Source: Rubripirellula sp. | Lineage (GTDB): Bacteria; Planctomycetota; Planctomycetia; Pirellulales; Pirellulaceae | Length of the DNA stretch: 64,000 bases | NCBI GenBank assembly: GCA_965216875.1 | Contig: OZ244207.1 | Span: 1,632,001-1,696,000 of the forward strand | Reading direction: 5' to 3' | Shown here: positions 18,268 through 28,056 of the stretch, piece after piece | Position numbering within the stretch: position 1 is the first letter of the stretch | How the letters are laid out: each line of letters begins with the position of its first letter | Position numbers and translations under genes: made by a program | Notes under the pieces: generated by a model | Databases searched by the model: none | The model's input: only the letters and a program-made list of their open reading frames with translations | What the model was told of the DNA's origin: nothing

Positions 18268-19854
18268 CTAGAAGGGCTCTTCGTTGGTTTCAGGCGTTGC
18301 GTCGAGCACGACCCGAGTGCGCAGCAGTGTGTCGTGGATGCTCTGGCCGGACCGAAGGAGCAGGCTGATGACCTCGGCCGAGAGCAGTGCGATGACCGAC
18401 CATCGCACCGCCGCGCCGATGGAGTCGAGAAAGAGCCAAGCGAGCGGGCCATTGATGAGGAGCATTGCCCATGCCCAGCTGAACTGAAACGCCGACCTGG
18501 CGGCGAGGATTCGGCGTCGAGGCTTCAATCCGTGCGCGTCGACGATGACAACTTGAAGGAAGCGTTTGCCGGTCGTGCTTCCCCACTGTGCTTGAAGTAG
18601 GCCCAATCCCGCCAAGAAGGCGCTCGAAACGGCAAAGAAAAGCATCGATGAGAGCAGGCTGATTTGCAGGACGATGCCGTGTGCCTTGGGACCATCAGGA
18701 TAGATCGCTTGGTCGACCGAGTAGGCGGCAACTTCCAAAACGATGAGCACGATTCCGATGATCACCGTATCGAGAAGCCAGGCCATGCCGCGGACGACCG
18801 GGTTGGCCGTTGGCATGTTGACCGGTTGGACTTTGCGGAGATCAAACTCGAGATGTGCAAAACTTGGATAACGTTTCGACGGATCTTTTTCGAGTAAGTT
18901 GGCGAGGATCGTTTGCCAAGCCTCAGGCAACTCAGCTGGCCAACGTTCCGGGAACTCGACCGGTGCCTCGCGGTGGGCGCGAAGCCGCGTGGAAAGATCG
19001 CAACCTTCGTCGAGTGTGTAGGGCAAGCGATCAAACGTCATTTGAAACAGAGTGACCCCAAGTGCGTACATGTCGCCGCGGTGGTCAATCGACGCTCCAC
19101 GTGTTGCTTCCGGAGGCATGTAGTCGGGCGTGCCGGAGATTTTGGATGACGCTTCGGTGGCTGCCGAGTGGCGCCGCGCGAGACCGAAGTCCGAAAGCTT
19201 GCTGTTGCGATCGTCGACCAACAAAACGTTGCTCGGCTTGATGTCGCCATGCACGATGTCAAATTCGGCGGCGCATCGTAGAGCACGTGTGATTTGAACC
19301 GCAAAGCGAACGAGTTCAAGAAAGTCGAGTTTGCCGGAGTGCATTCGATCGGCAAGCGTCCCGCAACCGACCAGTTCCATCGCGAGGAAAGGCGTTTCGC
19401 GATCCGTTCCCACGTAGTAGACATGAACGACGTTGGGATGATTGACCCGGGCTTGAGCACGCGCTTCTTGGAACAGGCGATCCAGGTCGGCGTCAGCTTC
19501 ATCGGCGTTGCTGTGAATCACTTTCAATGCGACGTATCGCTGCAATGATTCGTCCAACGCGTGGTAGACGGCACCCATTCCGCCGTCGCCAATGCGGGAA
19601 AGGATGCGAAAGTGTTCGAGATTCTGCCCAATAAGTGGATCGTGGTCGGGGTGGGTGACCAGTCGTGCTGGGAGATGATCCGAGTCGATGCTGACCGTAT
19701 CGGCGCCGGCTGAATCGAGAACATGGGGATCGTATTGTCTTCCGCATTCGAGACACTGGATCGTCTCGTCGTGCACCTCGACGTTTGCGCCGCAAACACA
19801 GCGATAGATGGCGACAGGTTCGTCGCGCCGGTCATCTATTTCGCTGTGAGTCAT
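18268..19854 (-). CDS. Hanks-type Ser/Thr protein kinase with N-terminal Zn ribbon and C-terminal RDD-like membrane domain
   Basis: IGDGGMGAVY, VALK, HGDIKPSN, DFGLA, GTPDYMPPE; N-terminal CVCG...CLECG; C-terminal RGMAWLLD...TTGKRFL...HD typical of RDD. Confidence 0.93.
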   Translation of the reverse strand: MTHSEIDDRRDEPVAIYRCVCGANVEVHDETIQCLECGRQYDPHVLDSAGADTVSIDSDHLPARLVTHPDHDPLIGQNLEHFRILSRIGDGGMGAVYHALDESLQRYVALKVIHSNADEADADLDRLFQEARAQARVNHPNVVHVYYVGTDRETPFLAMELVGCGTLADRMHSGKLDFLELVRFAVQITRALRCAAEFDIVHGDIKPSNVLLVDDRNSKLSDFGLARRHSAATEASSKISGTPDYMPPEATRGASIDHRGDMYALGVTLFQMTFDRLPYTLDEGCDLSTRLRAHREAPVEFPERWPAELPEAWQTILANLLEKDPSKRYPSFAHLEFDLRKVQPVNMPTANPVVRGMAWLLDTVIIGIVLIVLEVAAYSVDQAIYPDGPKAHGIVLQISLLSSMLFFAVSSAFLAGLGLLQAQWGSTTGKRFLQVVIVDAHGLKPRRRILAARSAFQFSWAWAMLLINGPLAWLFLDSIGAAVRWSVIALLSAEVISLLLRSGQSIHDTLLRTRVVLDATPETNEEPF

Positions 19855-20170
19855 GCGGGAACGGTTTCTTGATCGTGCGTGTGATGCGCGGCTGTGCGTA
19901 GGCCGGAGTTTGTTGATCCCATAATCCTGGTGTGCGGCAAGACGAAGGCCGCCGGTTTTTGCGGCTCGTGCCGATCTTATTCCACGCCGAAACGAGCCAC
20001 CAAATCACCCCAAGGGTCCATCGAAATTGTAGCGTGCGATTCGGGGTAACGATCGTTCGACTTTTGCGACTGCAACCATTACAACCGGTATCATCCGGCG
20101 ATCGTGTCTGATGGCGGTGACGAATGGAGTGGCCGCGACGGTCATCACGGTCACAAGCGGAAGGCACCTC

Positions 20171-21100
20171 ATGAGTGAGATGAATTTGAAGTTGGGCGCC
20201 CTGCAATTTGATCTTCGCCAAACGAGCTTCCTTGTTGTCGTCGTTGCGGTGATCACGTTGGGTGGTTGTCATCGCGACGACCTCACTCCGATCGACACCA
20301 AACCAGTCGATCCAGTAACAGCTATCAACGCAGATTTTGCGATCACTTGGCCGCCTTCCGAACTCGATCTGCGTCTTGGGAAATCGACCAGCGGTTCGGC
20401 GGCAACGCAGGGCATTACGCCACTCCTTTATGGCAATGTCCGGCATGAGTTTCTCGAACCAGACTCCGTTGCCCTTTGGGTCGAGATTGTTCGTCCAGAT
20501 GACACGGCGTCCCGATTGCGGTGGAACAAGACCCTAGCGTTTCCCGAGTACGATTGGATGTCAAAGGTGCGGGTTTGGGATAGCGATCACGACTGGCTAT
20601 GGCCGAATCTGCCGTACCTGTTGACCGCACATGGCACCGAACGCGTTGATCGCTATGGAGGTGTCGATCCGGGCAAAGGAGTCGACAACGATTTTGCAGG
20701 TGTCGTCATTCGACCGCATGACTCTGACGTTGTCCCCGGAACTTGGCCGCTGCTTTCGACTCAGTGGCATGCCGATGGGTCGCTGACATCAAACGGGCAC
20801 ACGGACGACTTGACTGCGGTCGTTCATCGATCGCACTCGGATCGATTTGCGGTCAAGGTCACCGAAGCCGACCAAACGACGCGATTCGGTGTTTGGGTGA
20901 TCTATGCTGACTTCCTTGATGCTTCGCTCCCTCGCGAGTGGCCCGCTGAACCCGAGTACGACGGTGGGATTCTCGCTTACTGTGTCGTCAGCATCGAGGG
21001 TACCGAACTCTCCGTCTTGGCAACTGTGCCGCCCACAAGTACCGGTGTCGATTGGGAAGCTTGGCGGCTAAAGAAGCGATTGACTGTGTCGGGCGACTAG
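20171..21100 (+). CDS. Hypothetical lipoprotein
   Basis: Hydrophobic stretch ending LGGC; long open frame. Confidence 0.7.
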   Translation: MSEMNLKLGALQFDLRQTSFLVVVVAVITLGGCHRDDLTPIDTKPVDPVTAINADFAITWPPSELDLRLGKSTSGSAATQGITPLLYGNVRHEFLEPDSVALWVEIVRPDDTASRLRWNKTLAFPEYDWMSKVRVWDSDHDWLWPNLPYLLTAHGTERVDRYGGVDPGKGVDNDFAGVVIRPHDSDVVPGTWPLLSTQWHADGSLTSNGHTDDLTAVVHRSHSDRFAVKVTEADQTTRFGVWVIYADFLDASLPREWPAEPEYDGGILAYCVVSIEGTELSVLATVPPTSTGVDWEAWRLKKRLTVSGD

Positions 21101-21172
21101 GAGTCCGTAGCCGTATATACTTGGCGTTCGCGATGGGCAAAGGAAACCATCGCCGGATGCCTCGTAGGGCGG

Positions 21173-24100
21173 TTGTTTGAGTTGAGTGAGCGAGTCTTGA
21201 GCGTGCCTGTCATTCGGTTTCTATCCGCGGCTTCATACGCATTTCTCTGTGCGTTGTTGTTTGCCACCGGATGCGGCAAGTCCGAAAGCGACACGGCAAC
21301 GGGCAACTCTCGTCCGGCCCAATCGAGTGTCAGCGACACTCAAGGATCTTCGGGATTTGAATCGGAGGCCGCGCAGGATGAAACGCCGTCTCGTTCCGAT
21401 GCGTTGGTCAATCGAAGTCGCGAGGACTTAATCAAACGTTTTGCATCCTTAAAGGCGGCTGGCCAAGAGGAGGCCGCGGTCGAAGTGCTGAACGTGATGT
21501 TGGTTCAGGATCCCAAGGACCACGAAGCACTCTTTCAACTCGCCGGCCACTACGCTGATACGGAGCAAGTTGGTCAGGCAATTGAAATGCTTGCCGGAAT
21601 ACCGCGCGATGCACCCAAGGTGGGTGCTGCCGCCGGCCGTTTTGCCGTTACGCTCTTGCTTCGACAGCAGCGATATGACGAAGCAGAGGACCGTCTCAAC
21701 CAGCTGTTGGAAGACCAGGCGACTGCGTCCTTTGCAAGGCTCGAGCTTGCGACGCTCTTGAACCGCCAGGGGCGACGGCACGAAGCGAATCGCTTCGCGC
21801 GGCAAAACTGCCTCACCGGAAATCTGCCCCTGGAACAATTGCGTGGGCTGCTCTTCGAGTCGGACGCGGTCTATCCCCCGAAAACCAAGAGTTCGTCGGG
21901 AACCAAGGGTGCGCCGGGCGATCCCAAAGCGATCTATTCAATTGGACGTGGCGGAAAGGCGAGGTTTCTTTGGACGCATTCCTATTTTGAAGAGGCCGCT
22001 GAACAGTTGGAGGAGTCGGTCGCCGATGGAACGGCAGTCGATTCCCATGTGGCACTTTATGGTGCCGCGATCGCCGAATCGCAGCAGGACGACAAACTGG
22101 TTCGCTGGCTCGACACGACGAGCGAGAGCACGCAAGTGTTTCCTGAGTATTGGTCGGCGCTTGGTACTTACCTTTTGTCGCAAAGTGAATTCGAGCCTGC
22201 GGTGAGGTGTTTTGCCGAATCGATTTCACGTGATCCGACAGACCTGCGTTCGATGCGTCGGATGATCAAATCTCTGCGATCGGTCGGCGATGATGACGCC
22301 GCTGAAAAGTGGGATGCACGCTATCGAATGCTTGCGAAGACGCTCGACGCACGCCCGGTCGATTCTCTTGGCAACCCGACCGGTGTGACCAGCGTGGCGA
22401 CATTGTCCAAACAACTTTCTGCACTTGGACGCGACCTCGAAGCGTTGCATTGGGAAATTGTTCAGGTCATGCAATCAGGTTCAGCGTCGAGTGAATCGCG
22501 TGCCCGGCTCCAAGCGATGTCCCGCCGCGGCCAACAGATCGTGCAATCCGGTGCACCGTTTGGAACCAAAGAGGAGGTTCTTTGCGGTCTCGACCTCGAT
22601 CGATTCCCGTTGCCTGATCTTTCCGCCGTCTCGACTCAGCGTTCTCGTCTGCCCGCCGAAATCAAACTCGCCGATCCTACCGTAGCGGCAACGTTCTCAA
22701 ACGTGACCGAATCCATCGGTCTGCGTCACACGTTTCGTGTCAGCGACACGGCGCGAGAAATGGCATTTGCCATTTATGAAACGTTTGGTGGCGGTGTTGC
22801 CGCGATCGACTATGACCTGAATGGCTACCCCGACCTGTACTTTTGCCAAGGACACGCGAAGGGGCCTGACTTCAACGCTATGTCGTCGGACCAACTCTAT
22901 CGCAATCAATCTGCGATCGACAAACCAGCGATTGCCGACGTGACGGATTCGGCGCGCTTGACGGAGAACGCGTACACGTTGGGTGTGACCGCTGGGGATT
23001 GGAACCAAGATGGGTTTCCAGACTTGGTGGTCACGAATATCGGCCCGGACGTCTTGTTGATCAATCAAGGCGATGGAACGTTTCGACGCGAAGTTCTGAA
23101 CCCCAACGATTCGCGCCATCGCCTTAGCACTTCCGTCGCAATGGGCGATTTGAACGGCGATCGTCTGCCCGACCTTTTTTGTCTCGGCTATTTAGACGAC
23201 TCGTCGATATCCAAACGCCCTCCGCTAGATGCCCAGGGGCGACCGAAAGCAACGGTCAATCCTTTGTCATTTCGGCCGTCGCTTGATGGAGTGTATTGGA
23301 ACGATGGATCGGGTGGTTGGAAACGAGAGCAAGTTGGACGCGCGGGGGACGAGAGTACTGGATTGGGTGTTGTGCTCTGTGATTTGAATCCAACTCGCCC
23401 GGGCAATGAAGTCTTCGTTGCTAACGACGAACGCGCCGACCAGCTCTGGTCGTTTGCGTCCGACGAAGGCCGATGGAACGAGTATGCGCGGATCGTTGGT
23501 TGTGCTTTTGGAAGCCTCGGTTTCCCGGTGGGATCGATGGGTGTGGCCGCGGCCGACTTTGACCGCAACGGAACACTCGACTTGCACGTCACGACATTCT
23601 TTGGCGAACCGAGCTGTCACTTTCTTAGCACCGGCAGTCTTTATGTTGACAAAAACGTCCGCTTCGGACTCGATCGCGAAAGCTCGTCCTACTTGGGCTT
23701 CGGTGCTCAGGCGGTCGACTACGCCAATCGCGGAGCGTTGGACCTCGTGGTTCTCAATGGATTCGTCGAGGATTTGCAACACACGGGCCGTCCGTTCCGA
23801 CAACCGACTCAATTGCTGGCCAATCATGGAGCCAAATATCGGAGTGTTCCGGTGAATGATGACTCGGGGTATTGGAATGGAAATCATCTGGGACGCTCGC
23901 TTGCGAAACTCGACTTTGATCGCGATGGCAAGCAAGACTTGGTCGCAACCGACATGATCGAGCCGAGCGTCTTGTTGCTCAACGAAACCGAGTCGACGAA
24001 TCACTGGATCGGACTCGAGCTTGTCGGGACTGCCTCCGAGCGAGATGCGGTTGGTGCGAAAGTGACTATGAGAAGTGGTGAGCAGACGTGGACAAATTGG

Positions 24101-24292
24101 GTAACGGCTGGTGACGGCTATCTCTGCAAAAACGACCACGTGCTCCATTTTGGACTCGGCAAATCGACGTCGATCGACAGCATCGAAGTCGACTGGCCAA
24201 CGGGCGAGAATCAAACGGTCGTCAATCCCGTCGTTGATGTGGTGAACTTGGTCATCGAGGACGTGGCCGAGAGTTTTGTGGTTGGGCGATAA
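21173..24292 (+). CDS. Lipoprotein with TPRs, FG-GAP/VCBS propeller and ASPIC/UnbV domain (CRTAC1-like)
   Basis: Lipobox ATGC; helical TPR-like N-terminal half; repeated GD(W/L)NxDGxPDL; C-terminal AVGAKV...GDGYL...LHFGLG...WPTG. Confidence 0.9.
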   Translation: MFELSERVLSVPVIRFLSAASYAFLCALLFATGCGKSESDTATGNSRPAQSSVSDTQGSSGFESEAAQDETPSRSDALVNRSREDLIKRFASLKAAGQEEAAVEVLNVMLVQDPKDHEALFQLAGHYADTEQVGQAIEMLAGIPRDAPKVGAAAGRFAVTLLLRQQRYDEAEDRLNQLLEDQATASFARLELATLLNRQGRRHEANRFARQNCLTGNLPLEQLRGLLFESDAVYPPKTKSSSGTKGAPGDPKAIYSIGRGGKARFLWTHSYFEEAAEQLEESVADGTAVDSHVALYGAAIAESQQDDKLVRWLDTTSESTQVFPEYWSALGTYLLSQSEFEPAVRCFAESISRDPTDLRSMRRMIKSLRSVGDDDAAEKWDARYRMLAKTLDARPVDSLGNPTGVTSVATLSKQLSALGRDLEALHWEIVQVMQSGSASSESRARLQAMSRRGQQIVQSGAPFGTKEEVLCGLDLDRFPLPDLSAVSTQRSRLPAEIKLADPTVAATFSNVTESIGLRHTFRVSDTAREMAFAIYETFGGGVAAIDYDLNGYPDLYFCQGHAKGPDFNAMSSDQLYRNQSAIDKPAIADVTDSARLTENAYTLGVTAGDWNQDGFPDLVVTNIGPDVLLINQGDGTFRREVLNPNDSRHRLSTSVAMGDLNGDRLPDLFCLGYLDDSSISKRPPLDAQGRPKATVNPLSFRPSLDGVYWNDGSGGWKREQVGRAGDESTGLGVVLCDLNPTRPGNEVFVANDERADQLWSFASDEGRWNEYARIVGCAFGSLGFPVGSMGVAAADFDRNGTLDLHVTTFFGEPSCHFLSTGSLYVDKNVRFGLDRESSSYLGFGAQAVDYANRGALDLVVLNGFVEDLQHTGRPFRQPTQLLANHGAKYRSVPVNDDSGYWNGNHLGRSLAKLDFDRDGKQDLVATDMIEPSVLLLNETESTNHWIGLELVGTASERDAVGAKVTMRSGEQTWTNWVTAGDGYLCKNDHVLHFGLGKSTSIDSIEVDWPTGENQTVVNPVVDVVNLVIEDVAESFVVGR

Positions 24293-24295
24293 TTC

Positions 24296-24613
24296 GTAGT
24301 GGACGAGGCTACGAGTCCCAGCCGCAGTCGGGTACCGTCCCCAGTTGGCATGGCTCTCGTTCGAGGAACTCGTGGCCTCGTCCACTACGGGTGCGCTTGA
24401 TGGGGTAGCCACAAAAAACAGGAGAAGGCACATAAAGAAGAAAAGCGGCGAAGGTGGCAAGTGCTCGGAATTGTTGCGTGATGAATTGAACTCTCAGTAG
24501 CGAATTCACAGGCGTGCCTTTATGTGGCCTTTTGTGTTTTTCGTGGCCAGTCTCTTCGGCATCGGTTGTCAGGAGGTTGACCTGCGGAGGGACTCGTGGC
24601 CTCGTCCACTACG
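24296..24613. repeat. REP family GTAGTGGACGAGGC: one forward and two inverted copies
   Basis: GTAGTGGACGAGGCTACGAGTCCC at 24296; GG(A/G)ACTCGTGGCCTCGTCCACTAC at about 24365 and 24589. Confidence 0.88.
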
Positions 24614-24819
24614 GGGGAGATTCCCCACCGGCAGATGTGGCGATCCACCCGGCCGCGTAGCGCATTGGCAAACGCCAGATTTTTTGCCGAGAAGTTGGTC
24701 ATGACTTCGTGTCGCCAGCGTCACAGAGGGAGCTGTGCGAAAAACTATCCATGGCAGCCTTCTCAGCGACGAACTAGACTGAAGGCCTCGTCGTTTAACC
24801 CCACCTCAGGATCTTCTCG

Positions 24820-25488
24820 ATGTCGTCCGTGCGTTTCTTGGCCGTTGTTGCTCTGTTGGTCTCCGTCTGCACCGCTGCAGATGCTCAGGTTGTTTACACC
24901 GAAGTCGCCGATGGGGAACTTTCTGGTGACAGTACCACGCCGACCGATTTGGGGATTCTTCTGCCAGGATCCAATACGGTGACGGGGCAGGTGACTGCAA
25001 TTGGTGATGGTGGATTCAACGGGACTGCCGACGTCTTCACGTTTGAGATCGGCGCTGGTGAGCAACTTGACTCGATTGTGCTGGACAGTTTTTCGACCAC
25101 TTCGGGCTCGGCCGTCTTCATTGCACTCGACGATGGCCCAACGTTTGGTTTCACAGCTGAAGAGATCAACGATCAGTTCTTGCTACCCGACTTGACTCAA
25201 ATCATGGGTGGCACCATCGCGGGTACGGCAAACGTGGGAACTGACGTGCTGGACGACTTGCAAAACGCCGTCAATTTTGGAAACGGCAGTGCCTTCACAA
25301 CGCCGCTGACCACGGGGCAATACTCGTTTTACATCCAAGAAACGAGTCCTTCGTCGGACTACACCTTTGCATTTAACGTGTCGAGTGCCGCCGCCGTGCC
25401 GGAGCCGTCGACCTTTGCGGCTCTTGGTGTCATGGGGCTCGCTTTTGCATGGCGCCAGCGACGCCGCAAGAACGCACCCAAGGCGTGA
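24820..25488 (+). CDS. PEP-CTERM sorting-domain protein
   Basis: Signal peptide; C-terminal VPEPSTFAALGVMGLAFAWRQRRRK. Confidence 0.93.
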   Translation: MSSVRFLAVVALLVSVCTAADAQVVYTEVADGELSGDSTTPTDLGILLPGSNTVTGQVTAIGDGGFNGTADVFTFEIGAGEQLDSIVLDSFSTTSGSAVFIALDDGPTFGFTAEEINDQFLLPDLTQIMGGTIAGTANVGTDVLDDLQNAVNFGNGSAFTTPLTTGQYSFYIQETSPSSDYTFAFNVSSAAAVPEPSTFAALGVMGLAFAWRQRRRKNAPKA

Positions 25489-25507
25489 TGTTCTGATCAC
25501 ACGTTCG

Positions 25508-25659
25508 TAGTACCGGCTTTAGCCGGAATCTTCTCACAATCGGCCCTGAGCCGCACTCGCTAGCGTCGGCCCTTTTTCAACGTAGCTACGCTCGCCAGAG
25601 CGTGGTCAGGGTAGATCACCTTACTCGGCACAGTCCACCTTCTGGCGAAGGTAGCTACG
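25508..25659. repeat. Composite REP cluster between convergent genes
   Basis: GTAGTACCGGCTTTAGCCGG, CTGAGCCGCACTCGCTAGCGTCGG and an inverted GTAGCTAC pair. Confidence 0.85.
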
Positions 25660-27979
25660 GATGCGCACTCTCGTGAGCCGACGATTGTCCCTCTTTGTCT
25701 GGTCCCGGTGAGTAGTTCAGTAGTAGCGCGGGTAGGAACAGCAAGTCGGCGAAGAGCGCGCTGCCGATCGTGAGGATTCCCATCATTGCAAAGATGCGGT
25801 GGTCACGAGCGTCACTGATCAGAGCGGTCGCAAATCCAATGACCAGCACCACGGTGGTCATGATCAATGCCGTTCCCACACCCACAAAGGCTCGTCGAAT
25901 CGCTTCTCGTCGATCGCCAGTCAATTCAAGCTCTTCTTGAAACCGCGTTAGGAAGTGAATGGTGTCGTCGACCGCAATTCCCAAGCAGACGGTGAAGGCG
26001 CACACGGTGACGATCTCGAGGTATTGCCCCACGCTCCAGAGCAAGAAACCGGTTGCCGCGAGTGGAAACATGTTGGGGATGATCGAGATCAAACCAAGCC
26101 GGAGCGAACGATAGACAAACGTTAACACGACAAAGATGATCAAACTTGCAGTGCCAAGACTCTTGGCCAAGTCGACAACGATCTGATAGAGGTTCTCCCA
26201 GCGCCAAACCGCGTCGCCGCGAAGAGCCAGGGTGAAGTTCGGGTGTTCTTGCATGACCTCGCTAAGTCGCTCGTTCACGCGTTCAAAGACTGGGCCATAT
26301 TTCGCGATGCCAATGTCTTGCAAACGAAACTTGACTTCCGCCGTGTTCCATTCGGGTGTGTAATAGGCGCGTTTGAGCGGCGGCGGCAAGAGCTCAAGCA
26401 GCGACATCCGCGTCGAGGCGTCGCCTTCGCCGGGTAACGCATCAATCAGGCTGCAGATCGAGATGGGATGTCCGATCAACGGTTCTTGCCGAAGTGCAGC
26501 ATCGGCCTTCTGAACGACGGTGGCGATTTCACCATCGTCGGACGCTACTTTGTCATTCCATTCGACGTGAATGCGTGCGGTGTCCATGCCGCCCATGGCT
26601 CTATCAATGTGGGCCAGCGCTGATGCGGGTTCACTATTGGCCGGCAAACTACTCGTTCGGCGTTCGTCGGGACGAAGTTGGGCGGTGAAGATGGCGAGCA
26701 CGATCGTTGCTGCGATGGCAATCCAACCCATCGTGCGTGAATTCGCCAAAACAAAGTCGATCACGCCGGCGATTCGACTTAGGTTCTTATCCACGAGGTT
26801 GCGACCGTAGCCAGAGTGCACACGCCGACCCAAGAAACTGGAACAGGCCAAGGGGATGATGGTGATCACTGAAATGAAGGTCAGTAGGACGCCGATCACG
26901 CAGCAGTATCCGAATTCACGTACCACTTCGTGACGCGCCAGCACGAGTGACCCAAAACCGATGGCTGTGGTCAACGAGGTAAGCCAGCAGGCCAGCCCGA
27001 CTTCACGGATCGATTGTTTGGCGGCCGCGGCCGGTGCGAGCCCAGCGGCGCGATGCCGTCGGATTTGAACCATCATGTGCACGCCGTCTGTAAAGCCGAC
27101 CATGCAAAGCAGAACGGGAACGATGACCGTGTTGAACGGATTGTCGTTCAATCCCAGGAAATGAAGCATTCCCAGCGTCCAAAAAACACCGAACGCAGGT
27201 GCCATCGCAACGATCACGACCGACGACAATCCGCGAAACAGGATGAACGCGATGATCAGCGCAATCGAATACCCGATGGCTTGGTACTTAATCTCGTTCT
27301 CACGGTTGCTACGTGAACTGTTGATTTCGATCGGCACTTCACCCGTGACTTGGAACTCGATCTCGGCATTCGCAAACTCGCCGGCAGCCCCGGCCGCCGT
27401 ATCACGCAACAGGTCGGTGCAATCGAGGTCGTCGTTGACGTATAAGAAATCGATGTCGACCATCAACAACATCGTCTTCGCATCGGTCGACAAGAGTTGG
27501 CCGACGATCAAAGGGTGGGCAAGCGCTCGTTCCTTTGCCGCTTCGAATCTGGCGGGTGACGCATTGCGGCGAGGAAGGATTGGTTCGGGCAAACCGAAGA
27601 TGTTCATCATCGGGGCCATGTCCATCCACAACACGCTGGTCACGTGTGGAAGCGCTTCTAACTCTTCGACCACCGACCGCATGGCGTCGGCGCCGTCTGG
27701 CGTGAAGAAGTTCTCGCTTTGAGCAACCAAAATCGAATGGCCGCTGGCGACGCGAATCGGTTGAACGTTGGGCGGACGTTCCGGTTCAGCTTCTTCCGTG
27801 GTTGTGACTTCGGTTTGTGCCTCCGGTTCCTTTTCCTTTTCGGGAACGGGCTCGGGCAGGATCAAGTAGGGATCAATGTGCCCGACCGTCATGAGACCGG
27901 TGAAGATCACGAGCACGAAGGTTGTGATCCAGCGGTGATCGACAATCGCGTCGGCCAGCAATCCAAAACGTTGAAACAC
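25655..27979 (-). CDS. MMPL/RND-superfamily transporter
   Basis: Two repeats of TM plus periplasmic loop plus TM bundle; GFTDGVH and GIAVDDTIHFL motifs; TSLTTAIGFGSL. Confidence 0.9.
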   Translation of the reverse strand: MFQRFGLLADAIVDHRWITTFVLVIFTGLMTVGHIDPYLILPEPVPEKEKEPEAQTEVTTTEEAEPERPPNVQPIRVASGHSILVAQSENFFTPDGADAMRSVVEELEALPHVTSVLWMDMAPMMNIFGLPEPILPRRNASPARFEAAKERALAHPLIVGQLLSTDAKTMLLMVDIDFLYVNDDLDCTDLLRDTAAGAAGEFANAEIEFQVTGEVPIEINSSRSNRENEIKYQAIGYSIALIIAFILFRGLSSVVIVAMAPAFGVFWTLGMLHFLGLNDNPFNTVIVPVLLCMVGFTDGVHMMVQIRRHRAAGLAPAAAAKQSIREVGLACWLTSLTTAIGFGSLVLARHEVVREFGYCCVIGVLLTFISVITIIPLACSSFLGRRVHSGYGRNLVDKNLSRIAGVIDFVLANSRTMGWIAIAATIVLAIFTAQLRPDERRTSSLPANSEPASALAHIDRAMGGMDTARIHVEWNDKVASDDGEIATVVQKADAALRQEPLIGHPISICSLIDALPGEGDASTRMSLLELLPPPLKRAYYTPEWNTAEVKFRLQDIGIAKYGPVFERVNERLSEVMQEHPNFTLALRGDAVWRWENLYQIVVDLAKSLGTASLIIFVVLTFVYRSLRLGLISIIPNMFPLAATGFLLWSVGQYLEIVTVCAFTVCLGIAVDDTIHFLTRFQEELELTGDRREAIRRAFVGVGTALIMTTVVLVIGFATALISDARDHRIFAMMGILTIGSALFADLLFLPALLLNYSPGPDKEGQSSAHESAHP

Positions 27980-28056
27980 AAGATGTCCGTCGATCGAGGT
28001 GGGCTAGAGAAACGTCCCGCAGGAACAGAGGTTGAGCAGCGTATCGGCCGCTGCGG

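Noticed and set aside
23267..24460. 397-aa minus-strand ORF
   Set aside because: Antisense to the ASPIC/UnbV gene and begins inside a REP region.
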